NCBI GenBank assembly: GCA_902635645.1
Contig: CACPON010000003.1
Coordinates: forward strand, 1 to 61,766
Source of the DNA: an uncultured SAR86 cluster bacterium
Lineage (GTDB): Bacteria > Pseudomonadota > Gammaproteobacteria > Magnimaribacterales > D2472
Direction: 5' to 3'
DNA length: 61,766 nucleotides
The position numbers were made by a program, and so were the translations under genes. Numbering within the stretch: the stretch's first letter is position 1; each line of letters opens with the position of its first letter. Below, one piece after another: positions 28,368 through 37,802 of the stretch. Under the pieces are notes generated by a model. That model worked only from the letters and a program-made list of their open reading frames with translations. It did not search any database and was not told where the DNA came from.

Positions 28368-28542
28368 AAAATATGCCAGTAACACTCATTGATGCAAGCA
28401 TGAAAGCTAGTACTACAATTTGTATTATGGCTGGTATAACAACAAACAATACCAAGGGGTCAAACTTCATGCTTAGAAAGTAGTCGTTTTGACTCCATTC
28501 TATTGCTTCTTCAGGTGTTGCATTTCTTACTTGTGTATTCAA
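28360..28542 (-). CDS. Small membrane protein (60 aa)
   Basis: AGGAG RBS 7 nt before the TTG start; single long C-terminal hydrophobic segment; first gene of the pseudoazurin operon. Confidence 0.75.
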   Translation of the reverse strand: MNTQVRNATPEEAIEWSQNDYFLSMKFDPLVLFVVIPAIIQIVVLAFMLASMSVTGIFFE

Positions 28543-28683
28543 TTTATACTCCTAGGTACTGTTAAATCAACATCATTATATATATTTATAATATGATATC
28601 AATAAAAATGATAAGATATTTTAGAAAATTATATTGAATATCCTAAAGATGCATATATCATCATAAGTAACGGGGAATTTCTT

Positions 28684-29913
28684 ATGCAAAACAAAACTTT
28701 TAGTATCTTTTATCTACCAATATTCTTATTTTTTTCTATTTTTATACATTCAGCTGATAAGTATTATCCTGGATCTTCGTGGGAGCTTGTTTCTGCTGAA
28801 AGTCAGGGCATTGAAACAAAAAATGTGGAAACTTTAATTGATATAGCATTTACGGATAACTCAACCCTTGGTGTTGTAGTTATCAAAAATGGAAAGATTA
28901 TTGGAGAAAAATATGCTCCTGGCTATGATTCAGATTCACACGGAACATCGTGGTCTATGGCAAAAAGTTATTATGCTGCACTAATTGGTATCTCAATTGA
29001 TAGGGGTGAAATAGGTGCTTTAGATGATAAGGTTTTAAATTATCTTGAGTATTTCAATGATGAGAGATCAGAAATCACCATAAGGGATTTATTAGACATG
29101 TCTAGCGGTCTAGATTTCCCAAGTCATGAACATGAAAAAATGTTTTTTCAAGATGATCATCTTTCTTATGCAAAAAAAGTAGGTGTTGAAAAAGAAGCAG
29201 GAATAAAGTTTGAATATAACAATGTTAATTCAATGCTTTTAGGTGATATTTTATATCAAGCAACTGGAAAGAAAGCTGATGTTCTTTTTGAAGAGAGAAT
29301 CCTAGAACCGCTTGAAATAACAGACTATAAATTATGGAAAGATGAAAAGGGTAATGTGATGACATATTGCTGCGTAGATATGTCAGCAAGAGATTATTCT
29401 AAATTTGGGTTACTGTTTGCTAGAAACGGAATCTGGAATGATGAGCAAATCATTTCTAAAAACTTTGTTGATGAAACATTTCAAGTTGTCTGGGATACAA
29501 CAACAGAGAGATTTACTAGATTTAACAGAGGATACTCCTTGCATTGGTGGGTATCGGCCTATGAGGATGACTTTAAAATTTTTAATACTAGTGGCAAGTT
29601 TGGTCAATATACATTTGTTGATAGAGAAAATGACATTATTGTTACAAGAATCACAAAATATAATCAACAAGACTCAGGTGATATCCAGAAGTGGGGTCCT
29701 ATGAGTTATCTGAAATGGGCTGGAGTTGATAATGCAATAAAGGTAGGAAGAAGGTTAATTGAAAATGGCGTCATTGAATCTGGGACCAATGTTATTACAC
29801 CATTCACAGACAAAGAGGGTGAATCAAAAGAGTTTTATCCAAGATATGGGGACTTCATTGCAGCAATACAAAATTTAAGTTGTAATTGTTATCTTGAGGA
29901 TATTTCTAATTAA
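28684..29913 (+). CDS. Exported serine hydrolase, beta-lactamase/esterase family
   Basis: Signal peptide, SMAK (SxxK), LLDMSSG, FEYNN (YxN) and GKFGQ motifs. Confidence 0.88.
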   Translation: MQNKTFSIFYLPIFLFFSIFIHSADKYYPGSSWELVSAESQGIETKNVETLIDIAFTDNSTLGVVVIKNGKIIGEKYAPGYDSDSHGTSWSMAKSYYAALIGISIDRGEIGALDDKVLNYLEYFNDERSEITIRDLLDMSSGLDFPSHEHEKMFFQDDHLSYAKKVGVEKEAGIKFEYNNVNSMLLGDILYQATGKKADVLFEERILEPLEITDYKLWKDEKGNVMTYCCVDMSARDYSKFGLLFARNGIWNDEQIISKNFVDETFQVVWDTTTERFTRFNRGYSLHWWVSAYEDDFKIFNTSGKFGQYTFVDRENDIIVTRITKYNQQDSGDIQKWGPMSYLKWAGVDNAIKVGRRLIENGVIESGTNVITPFTDKEGESKEFYPRYGDFIAAIQNLSCNCYLEDISN

Positions 29914-30089
29914 GATTTATTAATTTTCTTAAGGTATGATTCTTTATCTCTTGCCCATTCTTCAAAGTAATAGCCGTCATTACCTTGTTTATTGAGATAC
30001 TTCACAAAGAACCTTCCATCTTCATCTTCAAATCCTGATTCATATGGCATGCCTGTCAATTTATTAGGTCTTTTAAAGTGATCTTCCAC
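29910..30089 (-). CDS. Small hypothetical soluble protein (~59 aa)
   Basis: GTG at 30089 just after the stop of the upstream permease; fills the gap exactly; protein-like composition. Confidence 0.6.
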   Translation of the reverse strand: MEDHFKRPNKLTGMPYESGFEDEDGRFFVKYLNKQGNDGYYFEEWARDKESYLKKINKS

Positions 30090-30093
30090 AACG

Positions 30094-31860
30094 CTAGGTC
30101 CAAACAAATAAAATCATTGGAACCGATACAGCAATAATTAAGATATCTAGTGGTAAACCAAGCCTCCAATAATCAGTAAATTTATAATTACCAGGACCCA
30201 TAACAACAGTGTTACATTGATGGCCAATTGGGGTCAGAAAAGCGCAACTAGCACCAACTGCAACAACCATTAAAAATGGTTCAATATCATAACCAAGTTG
30301 CATTCCTATGCCAGCAGATATTGGAGCCATAATCACAGCTGTTGCCGCATTGTTAATAATATCAGTAGTAGCCATTGTGATTATTAATATTAAAAAGAGT
30401 AACCAGAAGAGGCTCATATTTGCTGCAATATTTGAAATATTTGAGGAAATGACTTCACTCAACCCTGTGGTTTGAAGAGCGGTGCCAATTGGAATCATTG
30501 CAGCCAACATAATAATAATAGGCCAATCTACTTCCCTATAAAAATTGCTATCGATAATTCTAATTCTTGCAAAACCTAGAACGCATAATAAGAATGCTGC
30601 TGCTGTTGGAAGTATATTGAAGGTAACTAAAATTATAGATATTAAAAAAAATATAATTCCTTTTAAAAGTCGGCTTCTACTTGGAATTGTTTGAAGCTCT
30701 CTTTGCATTAAAGGCATTAAACCTAAATGTTTAATTTTATTTGTAACATCCTCTTCATCTAAGTCTCTAATACCAAGTAATAACACGTCTCCAGCTTTAA
30801 AAGTCTCTCTTGTTAGTCTTGTTCTATATCTAGCGCCTTTTCTCCATAGACCCAAAAGGTTCAATTCTTCATATGCTAATTTTAAGAAGAAATCATATTT
30901 TCTACCTATAAGCCTAGAACCAGGTGTAATCATAGCCTCTATTTCTTCTAAATCATCATCATCAAAAGAATGAAGTTCCTTAGGTATAGAAAAATCAAAA
31001 ACACTTAATATAGAAGATATATCATCAGGGGGTGTCTTGATAACTAAAATTTGTCCAGCTTTAATTCTTAAATTATTTTTAACCTTCTTAACACCACCAT
31101 TCTCATTAACTATTCCAATTACCTCAGTATCTTCTCCGGCTTCTTTTTTAAACGCTGATAATGTCATGCCAATTGCAGAGCTAGATTCATTTACTTCTAC
31201 TTCGAATAAATATCCTTTTAAATCAATTAATGATGAGCCTGAAGCAGAGTCATCCCTTAACTGAATAAATTTATTACCAATAACAGCAATAAAGAGAATA
31301 CTTAATATTGTTACTGAGAGGCCAACATAGGAAAAATCAAAAAAATTAAACCCTGAATCAGATATAGTCGACTTATATTCAGAAATAATAATATTTGGAG
31401 GTGTGCCAATTGTAGTATTCATTCCGCCCAAGATGCATGCAAAAGCTAAAGGCATTAAAAATCTTGAAGGATGCCAATTCATTTTTTGACATATGTTTAA
31501 AGTAATTGGTAAGAGAATGGCAAGGGCACCAATATTGTTTATAAAAGAAGATAAAACCGCTGCAATAAAAAGAAGGCATATTAAAAATTGAAATTTTGTA
31601 AATGATCTGCCGCCAATTAATTTACCGACCAGTCCAGTTAGACCAGAATTCTTTAACCCTTGACTAATAATTAATACAAGAGCAACAGTTATAACCGCGG
31701 GGTGGGCAAATCCATCAAAAGCCTGGTTAGCAGGTATTACTCCAAGAATTATGAGTATAACCAGAGCGCCTGCAGCTAGAGCATCATATCTAAACTTACT
31801 CCATATAAACATTCCAAGAAGGCTAATAATGGTAATAGAAAGCAGATATTGATCACTCAT
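30094..31860 (-). CDS. SLC13/CitMHS-type permease with TrkA-C domains
   Basis: GFAHPAVITV, SSFINN, TTIGTPPNII, FLTPIGHQCN and GPGNYKFTDY motifs. Confidence 0.9.
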   Translation of the reverse strand: MSDQYLLSITIISLLGMFIWSKFRYDALAAGALVILIILGVIPANQAFDGFAHPAVITVALVLIISQGLKNSGLTGLVGKLIGGRSFTKFQFLICLLFIAAVLSSFINNIGALAILLPITLNICQKMNWHPSRFLMPLAFACILGGMNTTIGTPPNIIISEYKSTISDSGFNFFDFSYVGLSVTILSILFIAVIGNKFIQLRDDSASGSSLIDLKGYLFEVEVNESSSAIGMTLSAFKKEAGEDTEVIGIVNENGGVKKVKNNLRIKAGQILVIKTPPDDISSILSVFDFSIPKELHSFDDDDLEEIEAMITPGSRLIGRKYDFFLKLAYEELNLLGLWRKGARYRTRLTRETFKAGDVLLLGIRDLDEEDVTNKIKHLGLMPLMQRELQTIPSRSRLLKGIIFFLISIILVTFNILPTAAAFLLCVLGFARIRIIDSNFYREVDWPIIIMLAAMIPIGTALQTTGLSEVISSNISNIAANMSLFWLLFLILIITMATTDIINNAATAVIMAPISAGIGMQLGYDIEPFLMVVAVGASCAFLTPIGHQCNTVVMGPGNYKFTDYWRLGLPLDILIIAVSVPMILFVWT

Positions 31861-31878
31861 TTTTCTATAGTAATTTAA

Positions 31879-32964
31879 TTACTTAGGCATACTCTCAACA
31901 TATACCGATGATGATGGATAAGCGAATTCAGAGCCATTTGTTTTAACAATTTTCATTATGTTGAAAACTAAATTTTCTTTTATAAGATTAAAATCTACAA
32001 AACCAACTGGTTCACAGTAAGCTACTATCATGACATCTATTGAGCTTGCGCCTAACTCAACAACTCGAACAACATGCTCAATTTCATCATTATTTATGAA
32101 GTCATTACTTTCTTTAATATATTTCTTTATATCAGATCTTATTGCCTCTAATTGTTCAATAGAAGTTGAATAAATGAGATTAATTCTCCAATTAATTCTT
32201 CTATTGGTCATTTCACCATGATTAATAAGCTTTACATCAGAAAGGTCTTTATTTGGAATAGTCATTGGAGCTGTATCAAAAGTTCTAATGACTGTTGATC
32301 TGAAACCAATTGTTTCAACTATTCCATGTAACTGTCCTTCAACCTCTATCCTGTCTCCTGGCTGAAATCTATGCTCACCAATAACCAAAATACCTGCAAT
32401 TAAGTTTTTGAAGAAATCCTGTGCTCCCAATGCTACTGCAACTGAGAAAAGACCAAGACCTGCAACCAATGGACCAATTTTAATACCAAAAATATCTAAA
32501 ATTATTGCTACACCAATGACCCAGACTATGAATCTAGAGGCTCTTTCAAGCCACATCTGCATTGAAGCAGTTAACCAAGAACTGGTAGACAATGCTTCAA
32601 ATATGGGTCTTACACTATTTGAAAGAGCGCTAAAAATTGTAAATACCACAAAAGCTTTAACTATGTTAGTTGCAATATCACCAACTAAGCCACCAATAGG
32701 TAATATCAAAGTACATATATACAATGCCACCGTTATTGGGATTAAGCCAATAGGTTTTTTTAAGGCATTAAGGATTTCGTCATCGATTTTTGATTCTGTT
32801 TTTTCTGCAAGACGACTCAAAGAATTTATTATTACTGAAATAATAAATCCTCTAAAAAGCAATGCTATTAATATTACTATTAAGGATGAAATTATTGCTC
32901 CTAGGTTGATACCTAAAAAACCTCTATTCCATACCTCTGAAAGAAGCTCAATAAAATTTTCCAT
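31879..32964 (-). CDS. Mechanosensitive ion channel, MscS family
   Basis: AGLGLFSVAVALGAQD, FQPGDRI, GIVETIGFRST and FAYPS motifs. Confidence 0.92.
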   Translation of the reverse strand: MENFIELLSEVWNRGFLGINLGAIISSLIVILIALLFRGFIISVIINSLSRLAEKTESKIDDEILNALKKPIGLIPITVALYICTLILPIGGLVGDIATNIVKAFVVFTIFSALSNSVRPIFEALSTSSWLTASMQMWLERASRFIVWVIGVAIILDIFGIKIGPLVAGLGLFSVAVALGAQDFFKNLIAGILVIGEHRFQPGDRIEVEGQLHGIVETIGFRSTVIRTFDTAPMTIPNKDLSDVKLINHGEMTNRRINWRINLIYSTSIEQLEAIRSDIKKYIKESNDFINNDEIEHVVRVVELGASSIDVMIVAYCEPVGFVDFNLIKENLVFNIMKIVKTNGSEFAYPSSSVYVESMPK

Positions 32965-33032
32965 TTTTAAATTTGCAGTAAATTAATCTTAATTTATATC
33001 GTATTTACCTGAATATAGCAAAGAACTGTTAT

Positions 33033-33734
33033 CTATTTTTGTAAACGATCTTTAATAAAATATGGAGAGTAAACCAAGAAGAACATTGCGATAGCAAGAG
33101 GTATTAATACTAACAGATGCAAGGGTGGCTCTGGAAAGGCATCCATTGGGCTTGCACCAGCAGGCTTTGCCATTAGGTACCAGAAGTTTGCCGGCTCACC
33201 TAATATTAAATTTATTAAGTAGATTGTCGGTAATAATATGCATGCCGTAATAAATGCTACAGTCAGTATGTCCTTAGCATATGGTCTATTATTGAGAGCA
33301 ACAGTTGCATACATTACTCCAATCACAATCATTCCATGACCAATCATAAAAAATGCATAATCTAAATTATGATGGGAAATATCAGGAGTTAATATTGCCA
33401 TAGTTGCCCCACCTATACCCCAGAAGAAGGCACATTTATACAAGATTTTAGGACCACCTAATAAGAACCATGCTAAGAATATCTCACTAAAATCACACAT
33501 ATGAAATGGCAAAACTTCTCGCCAATTGTATGGATTTTCAAGTATGAATAAATCTTTATATGGAGAAATAACAACATGGGCTATTATGGTAAAGGCAATA
33601 ATTTTTGTCATTACAGATTTTTGTAAATCAGATTTATTTTTATAAATTAATGGCAAAAATATAGAGACAGCAAGAATGCTCATCATAGTGATGATATGAA
33701 TATTTCCAAACAGTACAAAAGGACTAGCATTCAT
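33033..33734 (-). CDS. Integral membrane protein, YwaF/TIGR02206 family
   Basis: LPFHMCD, FFWGIGGA, AILTPD and ANFWYL motifs. Confidence 0.8.
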   Translation of the reverse strand: MNASPFVLFGNIHIITMMSILAVSIFLPLIYKNKSDLQKSVMTKIIAFTIIAHVVISPYKDLFILENPYNWREVLPFHMCDFSEIFLAWFLLGGPKILYKCAFFWGIGGATMAILTPDISHHNLDYAFFMIGHGMIVIGVMYATVALNNRPYAKDILTVAFITACILLPTIYLINLILGEPANFWYLMAKPAGASPMDAFPEPPLHLLVLIPLAIAMFFLVYSPYFIKDRLQK

Positions 33735-33820
33735 AAGATTCTCTCAATGAATTATTAATATTAGTAATTATAGTGATTTTTAGTAGATTTATAAAAAAAA
33801 TATACCTATTTAATTTTTAA

Positions 33821-35794
33821 TTATCTTAGAGCATCTAAAACAATTTTTTCGGAAAGAATAGCAGGAAGAATTTCAGACTTTTGCATCCCAGGCTTCCAAT
33901 AAACATACAAAGGCACACCACTTCGACCATACATATTTAGAGCATCTAGGATATCTTTATTTTTATTTGTCCAGTCAGCAACAATATATTCAATATTATT
34001 TTCCTTTAGAAATTTTTTTACATTTGGTCTAGATAGAGCAACTTTATCGTTAGCCTGGCAAGTAATACACCAAGCTGCAGTATAGTTTATAAGGTAAGCT
34101 TTACTTTCAGATCTAAGCTCATTTTCTATATCTTTAGTCCAAATTAATACATTTTTATTTTCTTGATTATTATTAAGATCGACTTTTACATTAGTTAGGT
34201 TTTTAAGTTGAACTATGAACAAAGAACCTAGCAGTAATAATAAAATTATTTTTATAATTTTTTTTGTAGTATTGGTAATAAGCCACATAAGCAGACTAAT
34301 TATTAATAGAGCTAATAAAAGCTCGATAAGTGCATCACTCGAAGCTTGTATGCTAAACACCCATAACAACCATAATGCTGTTGCAAACATTGGGAAGGCA
34401 AAAAATTCTTTCAATTTAACCATCCATGTTCCAGAACTAGGAAGGGCTTCAATGAGTTCTGGTTTATAAGATAGTAATAAGTATGGAAAGGCAAAACCTA
34501 TACCAAGTGAGATGAATACAGGCAATGTTACAAATGATGGTTGTATTAAGGCATATCCAATTGCAGCACCCATGAATGGTGCTGTACATGGTGAAGCGAC
34601 AACAACTGCCAAAATACCAGTAAGAAAAGAACTGGAATAAGATGTATCATTCATACCAATCTTTCCAAGTTTTGTCATAGAAGTGCCTATATCGATGTTC
34701 ATCAACAAAATAAGCCCAATAATAAACATTAAAATTGATAAAAATCCTACAATCACAGGCGATTGAAGTTGAAAGCCCCATCCAACTGAATTTCCTGCAC
34801 TCTTAAGTGCTAAAAGTGATAGAGCAATTAATAAGAAGGAAACAATTACTCCTAAGCAAAAGAGAAGAGAGTGAGTTCTTATTTTGCTCTTAGAACTTCC
34901 TCCCATGGAAACAAAGCTTAGTATTTTTAAGGAAATAATAGGGAAAACACAGGGCATTAGATTTAATATAATACCTCCAATAAATGCAAAAATAATTGCC
35001 TGAAGAATAGACATGCTTAATTCTTCCCCTGAACTTTTTGTTACATCTGATTTAATAAGATATGACTCATTATTAATCTTTATTACTCCTTCAGTGGAGG
35101 AGATTTTTAAACCTTCAGATTGTAATGGAATTTTTAATAGCCAGTTATTCTCTTCTTTTATTAAAATTTGTTTACCAGAATGCAAAATCAAATTTTGGTT
35201 ATCTGAGAAAAAGTAAATATTTCTTATCTGATCGTTGTACGAAAATCTTATTTCAAGAAATTCATTTGTTTGACTTCCTAAAATAGGTAAAGTGATATCA
35301 GGTACTTGTAAAAGCCACTCTTGAAATCTTTCACTAGGCTGAAGATCATTAAAAGAAGTGTTGATATTAGCTTTTTCAGGTACACAAACATCATCACATA
35401 TTAAAAAATCTATATCAGCTTTAACGAAACTTAAATTATCAATATCTGTATATGAAACTCTATAGGGAAAAATTACAAAATCTTTATACCCATATGTCAT
35501 CAACGGAGGATAGGGCAATAACTCTGGAGTTGGCCATAACGGACCTTCTATGGTCACATTTTCAGGTAAATTCCATATAACTTTTATTGGCCCCCCTGAA
35601 TCACCAGGGTTCTTCCAATAGGTATGCCAGTTTTTTTGCATATCCATCTTAATACCAATAAAAAATTCATTCTGTGCAGATAGATTTGTATCAAATTTAA
35701 CTAAAGAAACGCTTGCATGTCCTGTCTCTACTGGATTTCCATAGCTAAAACTAGAAAAAATTAGTAACGATATAAAGTACTTAAAGGCGCTCAT
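33821..35794 (-). CDS. dsbD: Thiol:disulfide interchange protein, DsbD family
   Basis: WHTYWKNPGDSG, CDDVC, LNLMPCVFP, ASPCTAPFMG and AAWCITC motifs. Confidence 0.92.
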   Translation of the reverse strand: MSAFKYFISLLIFSSFSYGNPVETGHASVSLVKFDTNLSAQNEFFIGIKMDMQKNWHTYWKNPGDSGGPIKVIWNLPENVTIEGPLWPTPELLPYPPLMTYGYKDFVIFPYRVSYTDIDNLSFVKADIDFLICDDVCVPEKANINTSFNDLQPSERFQEWLLQVPDITLPILGSQTNEFLEIRFSYNDQIRNIYFFSDNQNLILHSGKQILIKEENNWLLKIPLQSEGLKISSTEGVIKINNESYLIKSDVTKSSGEELSMSILQAIIFAFIGGIILNLMPCVFPIISLKILSFVSMGGSSKSKIRTHSLLFCLGVIVSFLLIALSLLALKSAGNSVGWGFQLQSPVIVGFLSILMFIIGLILLMNIDIGTSMTKLGKIGMNDTSYSSSFLTGILAVVVASPCTAPFMGAAIGYALIQPSFVTLPVFISLGIGFAFPYLLLSYKPELIEALPSSGTWMVKLKEFFAFPMFATALWLLWVFSIQASSDALIELLLALLIISLLMWLITNTTKKIIKIILLLLLGSLFIVQLKNLTNVKVDLNNNQENKNVLIWTKDIENELRSESKAYLINYTAAWCITCQANDKVALSRPNVKKFLKENNIEYIVADWTNKNKDILDALNMYGRSGVPLYVYWKPGMQKSEILPAILSEKIVLDALR

Positions 35795-35816
35795 AAAGTT
35801 ATATTACCTTAATCAA

Positions 35817-35846
35817 TAAAAATAGGGATGCATGAAGCATCCCTAT
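35817..35846 (-). terminator. Intrinsic terminator downstream of ibpA
   Basis: ATAGGGATGC-N5-GCATCCCTAT perfect stem followed by a T-run on the minus strand. Confidence 0.8.
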
Positions 35847-35862
35847 ATTGCAATATTATTTA

Positions 35863-36312
35863 TTATCCTGAGATTCTTTTTGGAGTTTTAATCTCAATAG
35901 TTCTTGGTTTTTTTTCATCAGGAATTATCTTTTCAAGATTGATGGTCAATAATCCATTAATAAGATCGGCTCCCTGGACAACCACATCATTAGAGAGTGT
36001 AAATTGCTGTTTAAAAGCTCTTTGAGCAATCCCTTGGTAGACCACCTCATTATTATCATTTACAACTTCAGTACCTGGCCCATCATAGCTAACCGACAAA
36101 ACTCCATCAGCTAGTTCAATGTTAATGTCTTTTTTTGTAAGACCCGCAACAGCTATTTCAATTGCAAAATGATTGCCATCTTTTCTTATATTATATGGGG
36201 GATAACTTGAAGATCTGTCAGATGACTCAGAAAGTCTTTGTAATCTATCAAACAACGGTTCAAACCCTAATACACGAGTTGTAAAAAATGGATCTGTAAA
36301 ATTAAGTATCAT
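35863..36312 (-). CDS. ibpA: Small heat-shock protein, Hsp20/IbpA
   Basis: LGFE, YPPYNI, IEIAVAG, YQGIAQRAF, NGLLTI and KPRTIEI motifs. Confidence 0.92.
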   Translation of the reverse strand: MILNFTDPFFTTRVLGFEPLFDRLQRLSESSDRSSSYPPYNIRKDGNHFAIEIAVAGLTKKDINIELADGVLSVSYDGPGTEVVNDNNEVVYQGIAQRAFKQQFTLSNDVVVQGADLINGLLTINLEKIIPDEKKPRTIEIKTPKRISG

Positions 36313-36395
36313 AATAGTCCTCCTTTTAGCGACTAAAATTAATGCACCCCGAAGGCATGCTTGTTAATATTTGGAGACCCACATGGCATCTCCTT
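36313..36395 (-). promoter_or_regulatory. ROSE-like RNA thermometer in the ibpA 5' UTR
   Basis: Three hairpins; the last, TAGTCGCT-AAA-AGGAGGACTA, sequesters the SD with a TCGCT motif; the middle one has a C(UUCG)G loop. Confidence 0.65.
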
Positions 36396-36404
36396 CTATT
36401 TTTA

Positions 36405-36430
36405 TATATGAATAGAATTTGAATTTTCAA
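36405..36430 (-). promoter_or_regulatory. Putative sigma32-type promoter of ibpA
   Basis: TTGAAA...TTCATATA resembles the RpoH consensus CTTGAA-N13/14-CCCCATAT and lies just before the structured UTR. Confidence 0.45.
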
Positions 36431-36493
36431 TATTTTTTGCTATTTTTTTCCAATTGCATAGAACTTTAATATGTGTATATTGTCTATATAAAT

Positions 36494-36889
36494 ATGAATA
36501 AATTAGTAATCTTCATAGCAACCCTTGGTCCACTTATTGCATCTGCCAATGAACAACATGTATTCAATGAAGGTGATAATTGGGTGTTAGAAGCAAGAAG
36601 CAACAGGTTGTCATCTGATAGCAAAGTTTTGTATCACATACCAAGTGATGCCTATCATACATATTATGCTAGAGAATTTGGGGATTGGGACATATTCTCT
36701 ATGGTTGATTCAAGAGATATTGAAAGATTAAGTAAAGGTGATGTCATTCAAATCTTAGAGTCTGAATACAATTCAAAAATATATAAAGTGAAACTTCTTT
36801 CTGGCTTTAATAAGAATAAAAATTTCTATGTTATTGCAGAGGATTTAAAAAACTATTACAAGCCAATACAGGAGCAAATAAATGAATAA
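36494..36889 (+). CDS. Hypothetical exported protein
   Basis: ATG 36494 gives the signal-like MNKLVIFIATLGPLIASA; overlaps the start of the next gene. Confidence 0.65.
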   Translation: MNKLVIFIATLGPLIASANEQHVFNEGDNWVLEARSNRLSSDSKVLYHIPSDAYHTYYAREFGDWDIFSMVDSRDIERLSKGDVIQILESEYNSKIYKVKLLSGFNKNKNFYVIAEDLKNYYKPIQEQINE

Positions 36890-37340
36890 AAATCTAGCAG
36901 TATGTTTTTTATTATTAAGTGCAGTAAGTTGCGTTAACTACTCATACACACCAGACGTTGTATCAAGATCAGATGCACAAAAACAGCAATATGTTGTTCT
37001 TGGAACTGTAAAAGATATAACAGCTGTTACGATTGAAGGTGACAGAGAGGCTGGTGCTGCTGCAGGAGCTCTTATAGGAGGTGTCGCAGGAAAAAATGTT
37101 ACAGATTCTGATACTGAATCTGATATTGCTTCTTTAGTTGGAGGGCTTGTTGGCTCGGCAGTTGGATCTAAGGTAGGCTCAAATCTTACAAAAAAAGATG
37201 GTATTGAATTATTAATTGAAACAGACGCAGGAAAGCTAATTTCAATTATTCAAGAAATAAGTTCATACAATTATTCAAAAAACCAAAGAGTAAGAATTAT
37301 CAAGAGGAATGGCAAATCAAGGGTAGTTCCTTTTGAATAA
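36882..37340 (+). CDS. Outer-membrane lipoprotein, SlyB/glycine-zipper family
   Basis: Lipobox-like AVSC; glycine zippers GAAAGALIGGVAG and GGLVGSAVG. Confidence 0.85.
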   Translation: MNKNLAVCFLLLSAVSCVNYSYTPDVVSRSDAQKQQYVVLGTVKDITAVTIEGDREAGAAAGALIGGVAGKNVTDSDTESDIASLVGGLVGSAVGSKVGSNLTKKDGIELLIETDAGKLISIIQEISSYNYSKNQRVRIIKRNGKSRVVPFE

Positions 37341-37781
37341 ATGAATGATGATGCTTATAAAGCTATTTATAACAAAGCATTAGATATTATATCTAGAAGA
37401 GAACATTCAAAAAAAGAGCTATCAGATAAGCTTATTAAAAAATTTAATATTCCAGAGTTAGTTGACTCAGTAATACATGGTCTTCTTGAGAAAAACCTTT
37501 TAAATGACTATCGCTACTCAGAGTCTTATGTTGTTGCCAGAAAAAGAAAAGGTTTTGGTCCAAAAAAAATTGGATATGAATTAGTCTCAAGAGGTGTAAA
37601 TGAAAACACTGCATCAGAAGTAATTGATGCTGAAGGCGGCTGGAATGAAGCTGCTTTAAAAGCTTTTAATAAAAAGTTTAAAGCCGGCATAGGTGAAGAT
37701 TTTAAGGAACAAAACAAGCAAAAAGCTTTTTTGCAAAATAGAGGCTTTAGTTTTCAAGAAATTGACTCAGTTTTTAACTAG
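37341..37781 (+). CDS. recX: Regulatory protein RecX
   Basis: ISRREHSKKEL, LNDYRY, GFGPKKI and FLQNRGF motifs. Confidence 0.9.
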   Translation: MNDDAYKAIYNKALDIISRREHSKKELSDKLIKKFNIPELVDSVIHGLLEKNLLNDYRYSESYVVARKRKGFGPKKIGYELVSRGVNENTASEVIDAEGGWNEAALKAFNKKFKAGIGEDFKEQNKQKAFLQNRGFSFQEIDSVFN

Positions 37782-37802
37782 CTCATGTTATGATTTATCG
37801 CT

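Noticed and set aside
28684..29913. Antibiotic-resistance beta-lactamase
   Set aside because: SxxK and YxN are present but the KTG triad is not; it fits the broad esterase/amidase branch better.
32408..32986. Long antisense ORFs such as 32408-32986, 22381-22860, 51304-51747 and 54760-55155
   Set aside because: Each lies opposite a well-supported gene and shows no recognisable motifs or RBS.
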